DNA of 64,000 nucleotides. Origin: Coniocarpon cinnabarinum (taxonomy: Eukaryota). The first letter of the stretch is position 1; each line of letters opens with the position of its first letter. The stretch is from positions 62,001 through 126,000 of the forward strand of contig JAVECO010000036.1 in NCBI GenBank assembly GCA_051942205.1. Direction: 5' to 3'. This document shows, in pieces, positions 1 to 12,008 of the stretch. The position numbers and the translations under genes are program-made. The notes under the pieces are model-generated. The model did no database searches. It was not told the DNA's origin and saw only the letters and a program-made list of their open reading frames with translations.

Positions 1-659
1 CATTAGCTACCACTTAAGTAGCCATCAAGCAGTCATCCACCGCTCACTCGGCCGTGAAGCAGTTAGCCACGACTTGATCAGCCCCTTTCTGGTCAGTCAC
101 TCCTCGATCGACCGCAATACAGTCAACGCTTCGCTCTGTGCTCAGTCAGCAGCATGTCAAGTATTTGTGACACCAGCTTGGGGCCCCTCGCCATTCAGAC
201 GTTATAGTGGAAACGGCAATTATAGCCATCCACGCAATTCGAGCCACACACCTCAAACCAATGACATGCATGGTATTGACGCCATATGCAGCGCTCTGTA
301 CATCTAATCCCAGACACCAGTAATCGTTGCCCTCATCAATACTCATCATGGCCTCACCAGTCATCATCTTGCAGGTCCGACTTCCAAATCGGAAGTCGCT
401 GCCAGCCACATCTCAAACCATGATCCACAGCAGAGCCACAGTCATCATGCAGACACTCGACATGGTGTTTTCAGAGCTGTGATCAGCAGTCTCGTACTGC
501 TCCGCGTCTCAACAATTACCTTTCCACATTGAAACCTGCTCATGGCGATGCCCATCAGCATCTTGAGGACGTAAATTGATGCCAATCACCACGTTCCCAT
601 AGCAGATCACACACCAAAGTCCCCCGTCATCGTTTTCAGATACGCATTTCATGCGTGTC

Positions 660-3600
660 AATGTCGCCTGACGACACACACCATCAGGAGCGGCCCAAGC
701 AGGGCGTCGTCGCCGGACGACATTTCCACACCAGAAACTTCTCCCTAGGAAGGAGACAGAGAAGCGCTTGAGATCTCTAGATGGAGGAACGGAGATCAAG
801 CAGCACCCATTTCTCCCCGGCGAAGTCTAGTACGAACTTCGCCGCATTCGTGCGACCCAGCATTCGGGGCCAAGTACAAATGGCGGTCGACCCCCATCGA
901 TTGCTTCTCAAGGCAACGAAAGCAAAGGGGTCAACGGGGTCAACTTCGGCAGCCTAACTGGTGGATCTGGTCCCGAAACCAGTCATACTCCTCATCTCAC
1001 CAGTGCCGATCAGCAGCAAAAGGTGTTCTGCCTGGACAGCCACCTGCACATTTTAGACGGGCTTCTCCTCAAGGCCACGGTGACTATTCTGCTGGTATGC
1101 CAATGGGTCCAGGCCGAAGATATGGTGGTGCTGACGGCAGTGGGTACATGGGTCGTCATGGACGTGGCCGCTTTCAACAACAGGGCTTAGCCGGCCGCCC
1201 GTCGTACTCGCCTCTCGTCTATGTCCCCGTCGAACTGGACTCTGCATCGATCCGCCTTCAGTCAAGCCCTCAATGAACAAGGCTCATACAGAGGCGAGCA
1301 TCAAGGCGAAGCAGCGGGCCGTCAACTCCTACGCCACGCCCTCGCAAAAGCGTCCAGAGCGTGCAGGTTCAGCGACTTCCGTTGAAAGCACCCTCCGCTT
1401 TACCCTCGCCCGCCAAGCAAGCCAGAATAAGGTGAGGCCCGATGCCCAACTCTCCATGCTTTTCTGCGATGCAACCACAATATGGCCATGCAGGCGGTGG
1501 TGGAGAGCTGTCCCTGCACACTTCCACAGCCAAGTGGGAACCCGCTCGGTCTTTGAACGCCACCGGACCGTACCCTCGCATGCAAAAGCAGTACAAAGCT
1601 GGAACATTTGTCGTGCTGTCATTGAGGTCCTCAGCTTTTACACGGAGCAAATGGCGCCACAGAGCCAACTCGCGGATGCAAGACCAGTACAGAGCTGGAA
1701 CATCCGTGGCACCACCACGTCCGATCGGACCCAATGGCTTCACTCGTCAAGACAACCATGGCACCCCAACACCCCATGTGCAGTTCCCTACCGGCTCACG
1801 CAAACCAACAGTATCCGAGTCACCGATTAGTCCCATGAATGGCCAGCACTTCGCGTTGCACCGCGCTGAGCAAGATCGGCGATGAGCCCAGCACTGGGAA
1901 TTCGCAGCGACCCCAACCACCCCAGCAATCACATTCAAGCTCCCAGCCGAAGCCTCTGAACGCAACTTTCAAGCAGCCCAATAGAGGCATGCTTTGACAG
2001 GCCTTGAGCCAAAATAGTCCACCATGTTAGCGATGACCAGCAAAGGGCTAGTAATCCCTTCCAAGAGACGAGGTAGCCACGAACTTGCAAAGGCTGAGAT
2101 ACAGCAATCTGCGCTCCAATGAGCCAAGTGCATGACACGACTGCATGGCACCACTGCAAACCAAGGCAGCTGCGTGCGTGTGAAGTTGCAGCAGATCGAC
2201 GCCTCCGACAATGGCAGTATCAACGCTGGATTCAGGTCGAAACTAACGTTGATTTTCGTGTCAGAACAACCGCCCATGTTTTACAACAAGAGGGCTGCAT
2301 CTGTCAGTGACAGCGATGATGCATGACTCACTTCTTCCGTTGTATGGCAATCTCCGACCAGCTCGCTTCCAGTCCCCGAGCCATGTCGCAGAATGCTCAG
2401 CTCCATCGTATCTGCGATCTTGGACATGGATATGTTGACGCAGCTAGCGCGTGCCTTGTGTACTATGTCAACTTTACAGATTACCCAGGCACGACGCTTA
2501 CTGTGAAATTGATGCAGCGTGAGCGGACTGCGCGAAATCCTGCTCGCTTGTCAACCTCCATCAAACCGGGGATCATCGCCAATCGCCACAGGTACAAACA
2601 GGCAGATGCAGAAAGACGTGAAGAAGGTTCGCCATTCGATCAACCCTCAGGCGCAAAGACTTGTGCAGAGCCGAATCCAGTGGCAACGACGACGTCAGAC
2701 TCCTACTTCGACTGGAGCACACCAAGCAGCGTTCCGCATTCGCGACACGTATCGGGCCGTCCAGGTGCTTTTGGTGCCAGTCCTCGCGTTCGCCAGATAT
2801 CGAATTCGAAATGTGTGTCGCGCCAGACGCGACCGATCCACAAGAGCCAGCTAAAAAAAAAAAAAAGTCTCCACCGCCGCCCGACGGCACTGCAAAGACA
2901 GCACCAAAAGAACGTTGTGCTGACATGGAGACAAAGAAGCTCACTGCTATCCTCGAATGCATGGAACAGCTTGAGCAGAGCGATTACGCCAACCAGCACT
3001 CGCAAAACAGCGCATTTCAGACCTTGAGCGCTTGTTCACGTACTACAAAGGCTTGTCGAGTCCCAACCAGAGTCTGGGGATCGCCATCGAGAAGCCACGC
3101 TCAGGAGGAAGAAGTTTACGCCAGACGTAATCGAGTAGCGCTGATGGAGATTCAGCCATCTCGAGCGGAAGCTGCCCTGGATGCAAGTTGGCTTTTTGGC
3201 GTTGAGCCTAGATCAGAAGTCAGCCTGACTTCCGACGGTCCCTCCTTGCAGCATTGACATCATCCAGCTCGCAGTCATTCCTCCACGCACAGGGGTAGCC
3301 CAACATACGAACCATATCGGCAACGCAGTGCTCCAGGCAATCCTGCACCAGACAGAAGTGCCAGGCAGGTCGACTTCAATCCAACTTGCTTCAAGCAGCC
3401 GCCCGTGAAGACCACCTCCTGATTGACGGACGTCACTGCCGCAGCAGCAGTCATTGCTTCAAGCAACTGCTCTGGAACCTCATTTTCTGCTTGACGCGAA
3501 AGACGCAGGCCTAGGAATGGGCAATCCAGCTTGGAAGGGATCATCTGTCATGGTGAAAATTGCACTCACATCTCCATGGTCAGGATCTGCATCAGCCCCA

Positions 3601-6600
3601 CCAGCAATCCGATCAGATGCAATCAATGTGGTCGAGGCCCTTCTCCCAATTTCTGTACTTATGTGAGCAGGACCACGTTCATCCTCAAGAACGACCCAGG
3701 TATCTCCCAGAGTTGCACTTCCACCAACAGGGAACCTGGCGCAAAGAGACCTCGCAAATTTTTCTGTCCTTGAGACAATCACACGGACGGTGCCACGAGT
3801 GGAAGTCAGCTTGGCCCACGATCTTCACGACATCCATATGACTTCGTCTTCATCCTAAGTTCAAGATGAAGGCGGTTTCAGCGGTACTGACCAGCCTGGA
3901 GCTGATGATACAAATGCAAAACAAACGTCGACCTTGAGCCATCTCAACAACTCCTGACAAATTCACGGGGCAGGTACACAGACTCGTGACACTCCGCCCA
4001 AGACACTAGGAGAATGAGTTGGATATTTGGCCATCGTATGGCTCCAGACCCCAATATAGGAGCCTACCTGCAGCGAACAAATATCCAGGTGAGGATTTCA
4101 GGCACTTGTTGCAGTACTCGCTTCGATTTTCAGGAAATCAATCTTTGAGACGAGGGAGCTCTGCATACCTGCTGAAATTTCCCACAAAAGAACGCCAGAA
4201 CCTTTGCTGCCACATGAGCACATTGCAAGATACCAGTAGAGGCAGAGGGATGCAGCTCTGGCGTCATCACATGGCTCCAATGGCAATGAATGGACGGATG
4301 ATACATCAAATAATGTTTCGCTGCATTCAAGCAGCGTCGCCGTCGCTGGTTGCAACATTGCTTGCTTTTGTGGCTCTAACTCCGGCCAGACTGGCAATTG
4401 TCTTCCCTGTCTTCAACAGCTATCACCCAAGTAATTGTTGGCGAAGGAGCATGGGTGAAGATCCACCAAGCCTACACTGCTCTACTCCGCCATTCCCCCA
4501 ACATCTTTGGTAGATATTGATAAGCAGGGCCCACAGAAGCGGCGACGCTGAATACATTGGCCTGGACAAGCAGCCCTTTGACATCTTTGACCAAGGGTAA
4601 AAATCACGCTTGATGCTGTGCCGGGGCCGGTGTCGCGGCTTGTCTTGTCTGCAATTCTTTTGAGAGCAACTCGATGTTGAAACTTAGCACAGGCCTGATC
4701 ATGTGCTCATATGCTGCTCCCTAGAGGTGGCAGCCTACGTGCAAAACCTGCCAGTTTACTCCCCACCACACGATGCGGGAAAACAGCCAGCGGCGCAGAG
4801 GGGCGAAGGCCCGATGAAAGTTGGCCGTAACGGCACAGACTCAATCAGTCAACCTCGACTGCATCAAATCTCCGAGCCAGATAGGGGTGCTCGCCAGCAG
4901 AAGCTTATCCGAACTAGAGTCGGATACCACACCACGTCTACCCACGGGTCCGCCGCCGGACGGCTTCATCAAATCGGCACAGGACAACTGTCGCACCGAG
5001 CCAATCAATAAGGGCCTTGGTAAGCCCATTCCTTGCAATCACAGATGCTGCGAGCTCGCACCGCTACGAGCAGCCCTCTAAGGGCACTGATATGCCTCTA
5101 CTGCGCCGTCATCACGGAGGGCTGTGCTTGCGGTTCAAACGCCTCCAGAGGCAGGTCTCACAGCGCACCATCAGGCAGCTCAAATCATCGTTCCGCGCCT
5201 GACAATCTCGACTATGTTGTGTTGGTGTCACATCGATCCTGCGCTCGGCGGCGGTGGAATGAACGTTCTTTGCCTGGGCCTGAAATCCGCAAGAAGGCAC
5301 ATGATCGAGCATGCCAGGCGGTGACTGGGCCTGGACAATTCAGAGCTCAAACGCTTTTAAAGCAACCATAGACCCTGAAGCACATGATTACACACGCTGT
5401 TGGTGTCGCTTTCGAACACACAAGACCCTAACGGCGCTGGCGTTCGGTCAGGCGTGGAGGATCCACGGTCGCTGTCGCTTTCCGATAACAGACAGCAGGC
5501 CAATGGCGACGGCTTGGAATCATTTGTTGACAGCCAAGATCCTATGATGAGCGGCAACGTGAGCTCCGCCACATGCAGCAATGCCAATGCTGTCTGGAAC
5601 AGCACCAGTCAGCCATGGAAAGCAATCCCACCGCCGTCATCAGCAATGATGACTTCAGTACCCTCGTGCCGGTGATTAGCTTTGGAGAGAGCCAATTTTT
5701 TGGGTATAGATCGGAATGGTATTCGCCAATGGGTGTCGTTCCGGACGCTCAGACAACCACTGAGGGCGGCAGGGTCTCATGGACACTTTCAAGGCTATCG
5801 GCTATCTGAAGGTCGTCCCGAAGGCTTCCTCAGACTTTCGCGCCTTCAGAAACAGAATCCTGACTGGGTCAAAGCAAGCCTTCAAGAAGTTATTGACATC
5901 GCGCAATCGAACAACAACAGCAGCAGGAGCCTCGAAACCTGCTGTTGCACCCACGCAAGGTGTTCCGGAGATACCGTGGGGCTTCCAATAGGCACGTAAT
6001 CTCTCCAACTTTAAGACTGAAGGGCCACCATCTGACAGGTGGGACGTGATCGAAATATGTTGGCGGCTGCCGGAGCTCACAGATCCGACCCAAGACGCTT
6101 TGAAAGCGAATAAAGAGCTCTAAGCTCACTTCGAACCTCGTCGACGCAACAATATCTTTCAAAGATGAAAATGGGTTCTGTTGCGAAGCTGGAGTAGCTT
6201 TCCACAGAGGATCGCATTCACATCGACAAGAAGCTCCTCGATACCCGTGCCGAGGGTCGTAGATGGCACAGCTGTGCACGAACGTACATGCGCACCACAA
6301 AGATGCAGAGCATCTCCGACATCGTCGTCAAATCGCATGATCTTTCTGTGCTGTGTGTTTGTACTTCCTCGACGCAGCCTACCCAGTTATTTTCGCGGCT
6401 GCGACAAAATTGCGACCGCAGAATACAAACACGTCAAGCATTGGCTCAAGATATGCCGAAGCTGCATAGAGATTCGTCGTTGTAAGGACAGGGCGCAAAA
6501 GAGTTCAGACGAAGGCGATTCTCATCCGGTGTGGCGACCCAGCGAACGCTTCTACGTGTCCAACGATTCGAACACTGTGGTAGCGTGGAAGATCACGAGG

Positions 6601-8500
6601 GACTTCTTTTACGTCGGCCCCGTTGATAGTGCAGGAGAGGGCTGGCAACCCCCCAAAAGAGCCCACGCTCATCCAGTGTGGCGATCCAGCGGAGATTATA
6701 ACATGAGCAGACAGCTCACCCTCGCCCCAGAGCTCAGCCATCGCACGCGCAAGTCACGTGGTCGAAGAACTTTTGAGGATGTCGATTGGACCTGAATTTC
6801 CGCTGTGTGATTCAAAATCGGCGCACGAGCGACCACTCGCAAGATTTGTCAGACTCCCTCACACCATTCGAATGCGTAAGACCGAGGTTCTATGGCACTC
6901 CCATGTGAGCACTGCAGAGAACCCATGGTTTGGGACATGGTATCCAGAGAACTTGTGCCAGTCAACGACATCGCCAAACGATCTAGCAAGTTCGAGCTCC
7001 GGAAACTTTGAGTTCACCGATCTGCAGAAGACGAGAAATATGACCCAGGTGTCCTGTTGCGTTTTTCTGGATCGCCTGGGCTTGTCCATAGGCCATGTCG
7101 CCATCGATGTTTCACCGGAAGAGTGTCCCAGAACAAGGCATCGTGAGCGATATTGCGCGATATTGCGCGAAGGTTTTCCGAATACAACAATACCACTCAG
7201 GCCTTCCCTCAGGGGTACTTCGTTGCAGAAAGGTACGACCTCCCCGGAGGGTATGTTCGGAACTTCAGCCTACAACCCGAGCGTCAAAGGCGTGAATCTA
7301 CTTCCGAGCTGAAGTTCGGCGAAGGAGCTGCCGGTCTTCTCGCGTCCGAATAATTCTTGCGCGCTCTGTCAACTGAGCCAGGAGCTCTTCTTTGGAGTTC
7401 AAAAGCCCAATGCCTGCTTCAAAGGCCAAGGCAATCACGTTCGCTTCGCCCCGCTTTCCAGACTTGGGCGATAGGACATTTGTCATCAGCGGCTAATATA
7501 TAATCGTTTTCTGCCATCAATAAGGGCCCAGAGAGGGCATGCAAGATCAATTCCGCACGCTCGCACCGCGTTCTTTGATTTTGGAGCGCCATTGCTAACA
7601 AGACGGGCTGCAACGTGGCCGGACGACACATTAAATTTGAGCCAGTCACAAAACATCGTCGCCCTGTGTTTGACTCTATTATTGGAAACTTTGTCATCAG
7701 CTTCAGACTTCCTCAGATGTCGTACAGCAGCTTTCGCAATTGTTGTCGCTTTCAAATGCATGAACTTAAGTCGAATGAGAGCGCTTAGTTTAAACGCACA
7801 ACCATGACATCCGAGGGAAAAACTTTGACTTCGTCAGGATCGGCCACAGTCATGATGAGCATCGTCATCGTCATCATCGTAGCTACCAAAGGGAGACTGT
7901 GCGAAGGTGTGGCCGATGTTGGTACTTCCACGAACCCAGGATGTCGGCGCGTCATGGTACCTCAGCCCAGCATCTTCATATGGGACAGATCTTGTGTTCA
8001 CATCGATCCATGCTCAATTCGCAGAGCGTTGGCCGTGTATCGTACGTGTGGTACACCTCAGAGTGATCCAAGCTTCATGGTGTCTCTATTCAAGAGTCTC
8101 ATCCGCGAATGAGATCGCGCCTGGATGTTGAGAACATTGTTTGATCATTGAAGATGTTTGCAGGCCCTGTTGGAATATGACAGCTGCGTGTAAGGTGGCT
8201 TCAGCAGGAATAATACTGGCTTCGGCTTCGGCTTCGGAGTGCATTCGTCACGTGCTCAACACGCGTGTCGAAATGAAGTGCAAGACGACCCTCAACAGTC
8301 GACAGCGACATCAGCTCCAAACACAGCAGGATCTTGAATAAGAGCTCTGCTCCTCCGCTTCAAAACAAGGATGGGATAGGTGGGAGGGACGTGGTGGAAG
8401 CTGGTGGTTCGACGGTGGTATCGTCAGGTATAAAATGGGCATCAAGTGCAAGACAAAGAGAGCTCTCTGCGAGTCACCATCGACGCGACTTTCAGTAAAA
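660..8500 (+). pseudogene. Degenerate coding-like region, possibly one or more decayed genes
   Basis: Protein-like segments alternate between + strand frames with many stops. A frame-breaking 10-bp tandem duplication lies at 7147-7170. No consistent splice path was found. Confidence 0.3.
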
Positions 8501-9419
8501 CAATAGGTTCTAGAGGGGCAAGACTGCCAACCCAGGTTTCTGCTCCGTCCGGGGCAGAAAGATTTGCCATCCGAGGCTTGTAACAATAGGTTGTGCTGTA
8601 CTACTGGAGAGCATCACTGGGGCGTGGCTATTGAGCTGATTTGGTGACGGTCTGCATCATCGCTTTGGGACCCTGCCCAAACTTCGTCATGTCCTCAATG
8701 ATCATTCACGCATCTCAAGACCCCTGTAAGCCGTCTCCTTTCTCAAATGACAAGAATTGTCTGTAGTATGATGATGAACGGAGCTGTGTCGTTGACTTGA
8801 GACGAGTTTCGCCTTTGTCACGTGACAGTCAATGGATATCCAAAAGCTAGACGAAACACCAATGTCATATATAGCTGCATAGTTGTATCTAGACGGCTCA
8901 AACAGCTCAAACAGTGGAGGGGACTCGTGTCGCATGTGCTGCATGAGCTATTCATAATATCATGATACCAAAAGTCATAAGGTCTTGGTGATTTGATGCG
9001 CATCAGCATCAGCATTCTGGCTTTCATATCCCTCAGATCGCGTGCACAAACCCAAGACAAAAGCTTGGGATGCTTTTGCCCCTGACTCTCCACTTTGCTT
9101 GAGTCTCACATCTTTTTGCATATGTGCGATAAACAGGTTTGTTCGGGCTGAGGCTGAGACTGTCATCCCCCTGTTTTGAGAAGATTTTCCTAGGAATGTG
9201 TCATGACGCTTGCGAAGCTTGCGAAGCAGTCATTCCCTTTCAATCAGCTGGATCGAATTGGAAAGCAAGGAAAAAGACAGTGGAAGTCAGTACGTGCTAA
9301 ACCTGAAACAGGTCATTCATGCGTTTCAAACCCGTATGATACAAACATTTTCCACTCTCAGCGAGAGGCCTACCTGCCACCAGCCAAACGGTGTTCAATG
9401 AGCTCTCAAAGGGTATCTG

Positions 9420-10341
9420 TTATGCGTCCGTTTCCCTTCCTCTCGCCGACCGCTCCCGGGGCTTTGGTTGACTATCCACGTCCGCATGCCCCGTATCTCT
9501 CAAACGATCATCGTCTATACTTCGTGGCTCCGGCCACAGCACCTCAACAGATCCTCTTCGTGACAGGCTCAATGGCCCATCGAACGCACCGTCGTGCAAC
9601 CCCATGCCCTTGAGACCTCTAGCACGTTCTTCGTTCTTCTTCTTTTTGTTGCGGCGATGCTGAAGGCAGCAGCATACGATGAGACATGGAAGTATGAGAA
9701 GGCCGAAGAGAACACCAATGACAATGCCGGCGATGGCGCCTCCAGAGAGGCCGTGGTGATGATTTGAAGCTGCCGCTGTACCGCTTGGACCTGTAGTGAC
9801 AGTGACAGTGGTGTAGGTCGTGCCGAAAGTGGACGGGTCATGGTAGAGGGACGTGAAGTAGGAGTTCGTGGGAGCGGTTTGGGTTCCAGCTTCGTCCTCT
9901 CAGCCCTCTGCGAGTTCCCATCAAGAAAGACAACTCACAAGAAGTGTAGACGCCATTCGTACCCGCCGTAGCGTCTATTGAGTTCGGGGTATCTGCGAAT
10001 GCCGTTGAGATTGTTGCTCGAGGGCGTGAAGTGCCAGGCGTGCTCAGGGAATAGTTGGGAACACATAGAGAGCCGCCACTGCCGTCTGATATACATCGGC
10101 CACCCTCCGAACAGCACAGTCCATTGCCGCAGTCAACGTCTGTAGGATTCTGGCAAGCTCTTTTGGCGAGGCCGGGAGTTGGAGCAGATACGGTGCGGCA
10201 GTCTAGTTGCAAGGCGTATTGCGGGAAGTCACTGGCATACTGTGCGGCGGATGGATTGAGTCTGTACGCGAACGCTGGGAATCTCGTTGCAATGACAGAG
10301 CAAGAAGTAGTGATAGATGAGGACGTGGTCGAGCTAGCCAT
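9420..10341 (-). CDS. Single-pass membrane protein: Cys-rich then Ser/Thr-rich ectodomain, Mid2/SKG6-type TM helix, basic cytoplasmic tail; 2 exons
   Basis: Splicing intron 9938-9890 (GTGAGT...AAG) joins ORF 9838-10341 to a frame reading GLSGGAIAGIVIGVLFGLLILPCLIVCCCLQHRRNKKKK and ending at TAA 9420. Ectodomain contains CQNPTDVDCGNGLCCSEGGRC. Start codon uncertain; no clear signal peptide. Confidence 0.7.
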
Positions 10342-11261
10342 GATCTAGGTCGCTGGATAGGGAGAATAGGATGCTGCAAGGTGGTTGGCGAGGTAGTTGA
10401 TGCCGTTGGGACACCATGATGGCTCTGGAGCTTGCCATGATGGCCGGACTGAGCATGCGCAGGTGCGACGATGATTAAGGAAGGAAGCACGCCCTCTATG
10501 AATACCTCGTCGGTCTCGTCGAAAGAATGAACGCTAGTGCGCTTGAGTACTAGCGTTAATTTTCAATGACTTTCGCCAACTGCCCAGGAGGAATGCAACT
10601 TTTTCGACTCAGCCTACTAGCCAGCAATCTTGAAAGGCTGGCGAAGCTACCCCGAAAACATGCAGAGGGGGCCACAGGCTTCGTTGAGTAATCATTATCG
10701 AATGCATCAGGATTTCAAATGCTGTCTCGAGTATACCCAAGGAGCGTGGTGCTCACCATCTTCAAGTCGCCCGTCAGACATGATGCCATCTGAGCCTGTT
10801 CATCCTTGCGGACTCTATCTCGTGCTGGAAAAGGAACAAGAGTCATACGTCTTTCATGTGAAGTCGCATCCATGCGTACGGGCGAAGCATGATGCTGATC
10901 AGTATCTTCATGTCAGAGTTAGCAAATTTATACACAGGCTTTTCAACCAATCTTGTTTCCGGCAGTCGTACGTCCAAGTGCAAACATGGTACGCCCCTCA
11001 CCTGCCACACGCCGAATGGAACAGCTCCTTTCTGCATGGGCGTTGAGATTTCAGTAGGCCCCTGCAGTGAAACACATATATGCTCTCAACTCCGAATCCT
11101 GATGACTTTAATAGGCAGTATCCGCTTTCAGATCCAATTCCAGTATCGTGTATTACCGTTCCAATGCTATGATCCGTTTCCCAGATGACGCCACGCTATG
11201 ATTAACATGATACGACCCGCACACGTTCTCTGACCGACTGGATTTCGGCTTGCCTAACCAC

Positions 11262-12008
11262 TCAAAGGAACCAAGCAGCTACAACACCCAATGCACCAGC
11301 AACAGCACTACCTGCACCAGCCACAACAGCCCCAGCGCCCGCAGCACTCGGACTCGCAACCGAGCCACCACTGCCACTAGCTCCTGATCCGGATCCAGCA
11401 CCAGCTCCCGAGGTGATCGTTGACATTCCGGGTGTTGACGGTGTCGCTGCGGGCGACACGTAAGGCGTCATAGCCGGTGGCGTCACTTGAGCGCCCGGAC
11501 CAACGGCACCAACCGCAGTCGTCGCACTTGCACCAGTTCCAGCTGTGGGTGTAGGTGTAGCAGTCAAGCTGCTAGAGTACGCTGCTCCCCCTGACGCTCG
11601 TGCAGCAGAGGCTTGGCTATTGATAGACGCCCAGTACGCATCTTTGGCGGTCGATATGTCAGAGGCCGCAGCGGCAGCGCTAGCAGAAGAATGTGCGGCG
11701 TCGGCTTGGGAGTTGATCGAAGCCCAGTAGGCGTCTTTTGCGGTTGAGATGTCAGAAGCGGCGGCGACTGTGCTTGCAGAGGAATGTGCAGCGTCGGCTT
11801 GGGAGTTGATGGACGCCCAGTAGGCGTCTTTGCCGGTGGAGATGGCAGAAGCGGCAGCCACTGCGCTGGCGGAAGAGCGGGCGGCGTCGGCTTGGGTGCC
11901 GATAGAGGCCCAGTAGGCGTCTTGGGCTGAGGATTTGGCGGGAGACTGGGCGGCGGAGAGAGCGATGAGTGGGAGAGAAAGGAAAATGGTAGAGGAGAAG
12001 GACGGCAT
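11262..12008 (-). CDS. Secreted, probably GPI-anchored Ala/Ser-rich cell-wall protein with 31-aa tandem repeats
   Basis: Signal peptide MPSFSSTIFLSLPLIALSAA, four DAYWASI repeats, Thr/Pro/Gly-rich stalk, hydrophobic C-terminus (AVAGALGVVAAWFL). Confidence 0.85.
   Translation of the reverse strand: MPSFSSTIFLSLPLIALSAAQSPAKSSAQDAYWASIGTQADAARSSASAVAAASAISTGKDAYWASINSQADAAHSSASTVAAASDISTAKDAYWASINSQADAAHSSASAAAAASDISTAKDAYWASINSQASAARASGGAAYSSSLTATPTPTAGTGASATTAVGAVGPGAQVTPPAMTPYVSPAATPSTPGMSTITSGAGAGSGSGASGSGGSVASPSAAGAGAVVAGAGSAVAGALGVVAAWFL
11596..11922 (-). repeat. Coding tandem repeat, 93-bp period, about 3.5 units
   Basis: CCAGTA(G/C)GC recurs at 11631, 11724, 11817 and 11910; unit is approximately DAYWASINSQADAAHSSASTVAAASDISTAK. 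Confidence 0.9.

Noticed and set aside
2400..2520. Chromodomain-like segment (GHGY...YYVNFTDYP)
   Set aside because: Too short and lacks the downstream conserved TWE-type motif.
11262..12008. Repeat protein as a RiPP (dikaritin) or Kex2-processed peptide precursor
   Set aside because: No KR/RR sites between the repeats, a GPI-like tail is present, and there is no DUF3328/UstYa gene in the window.
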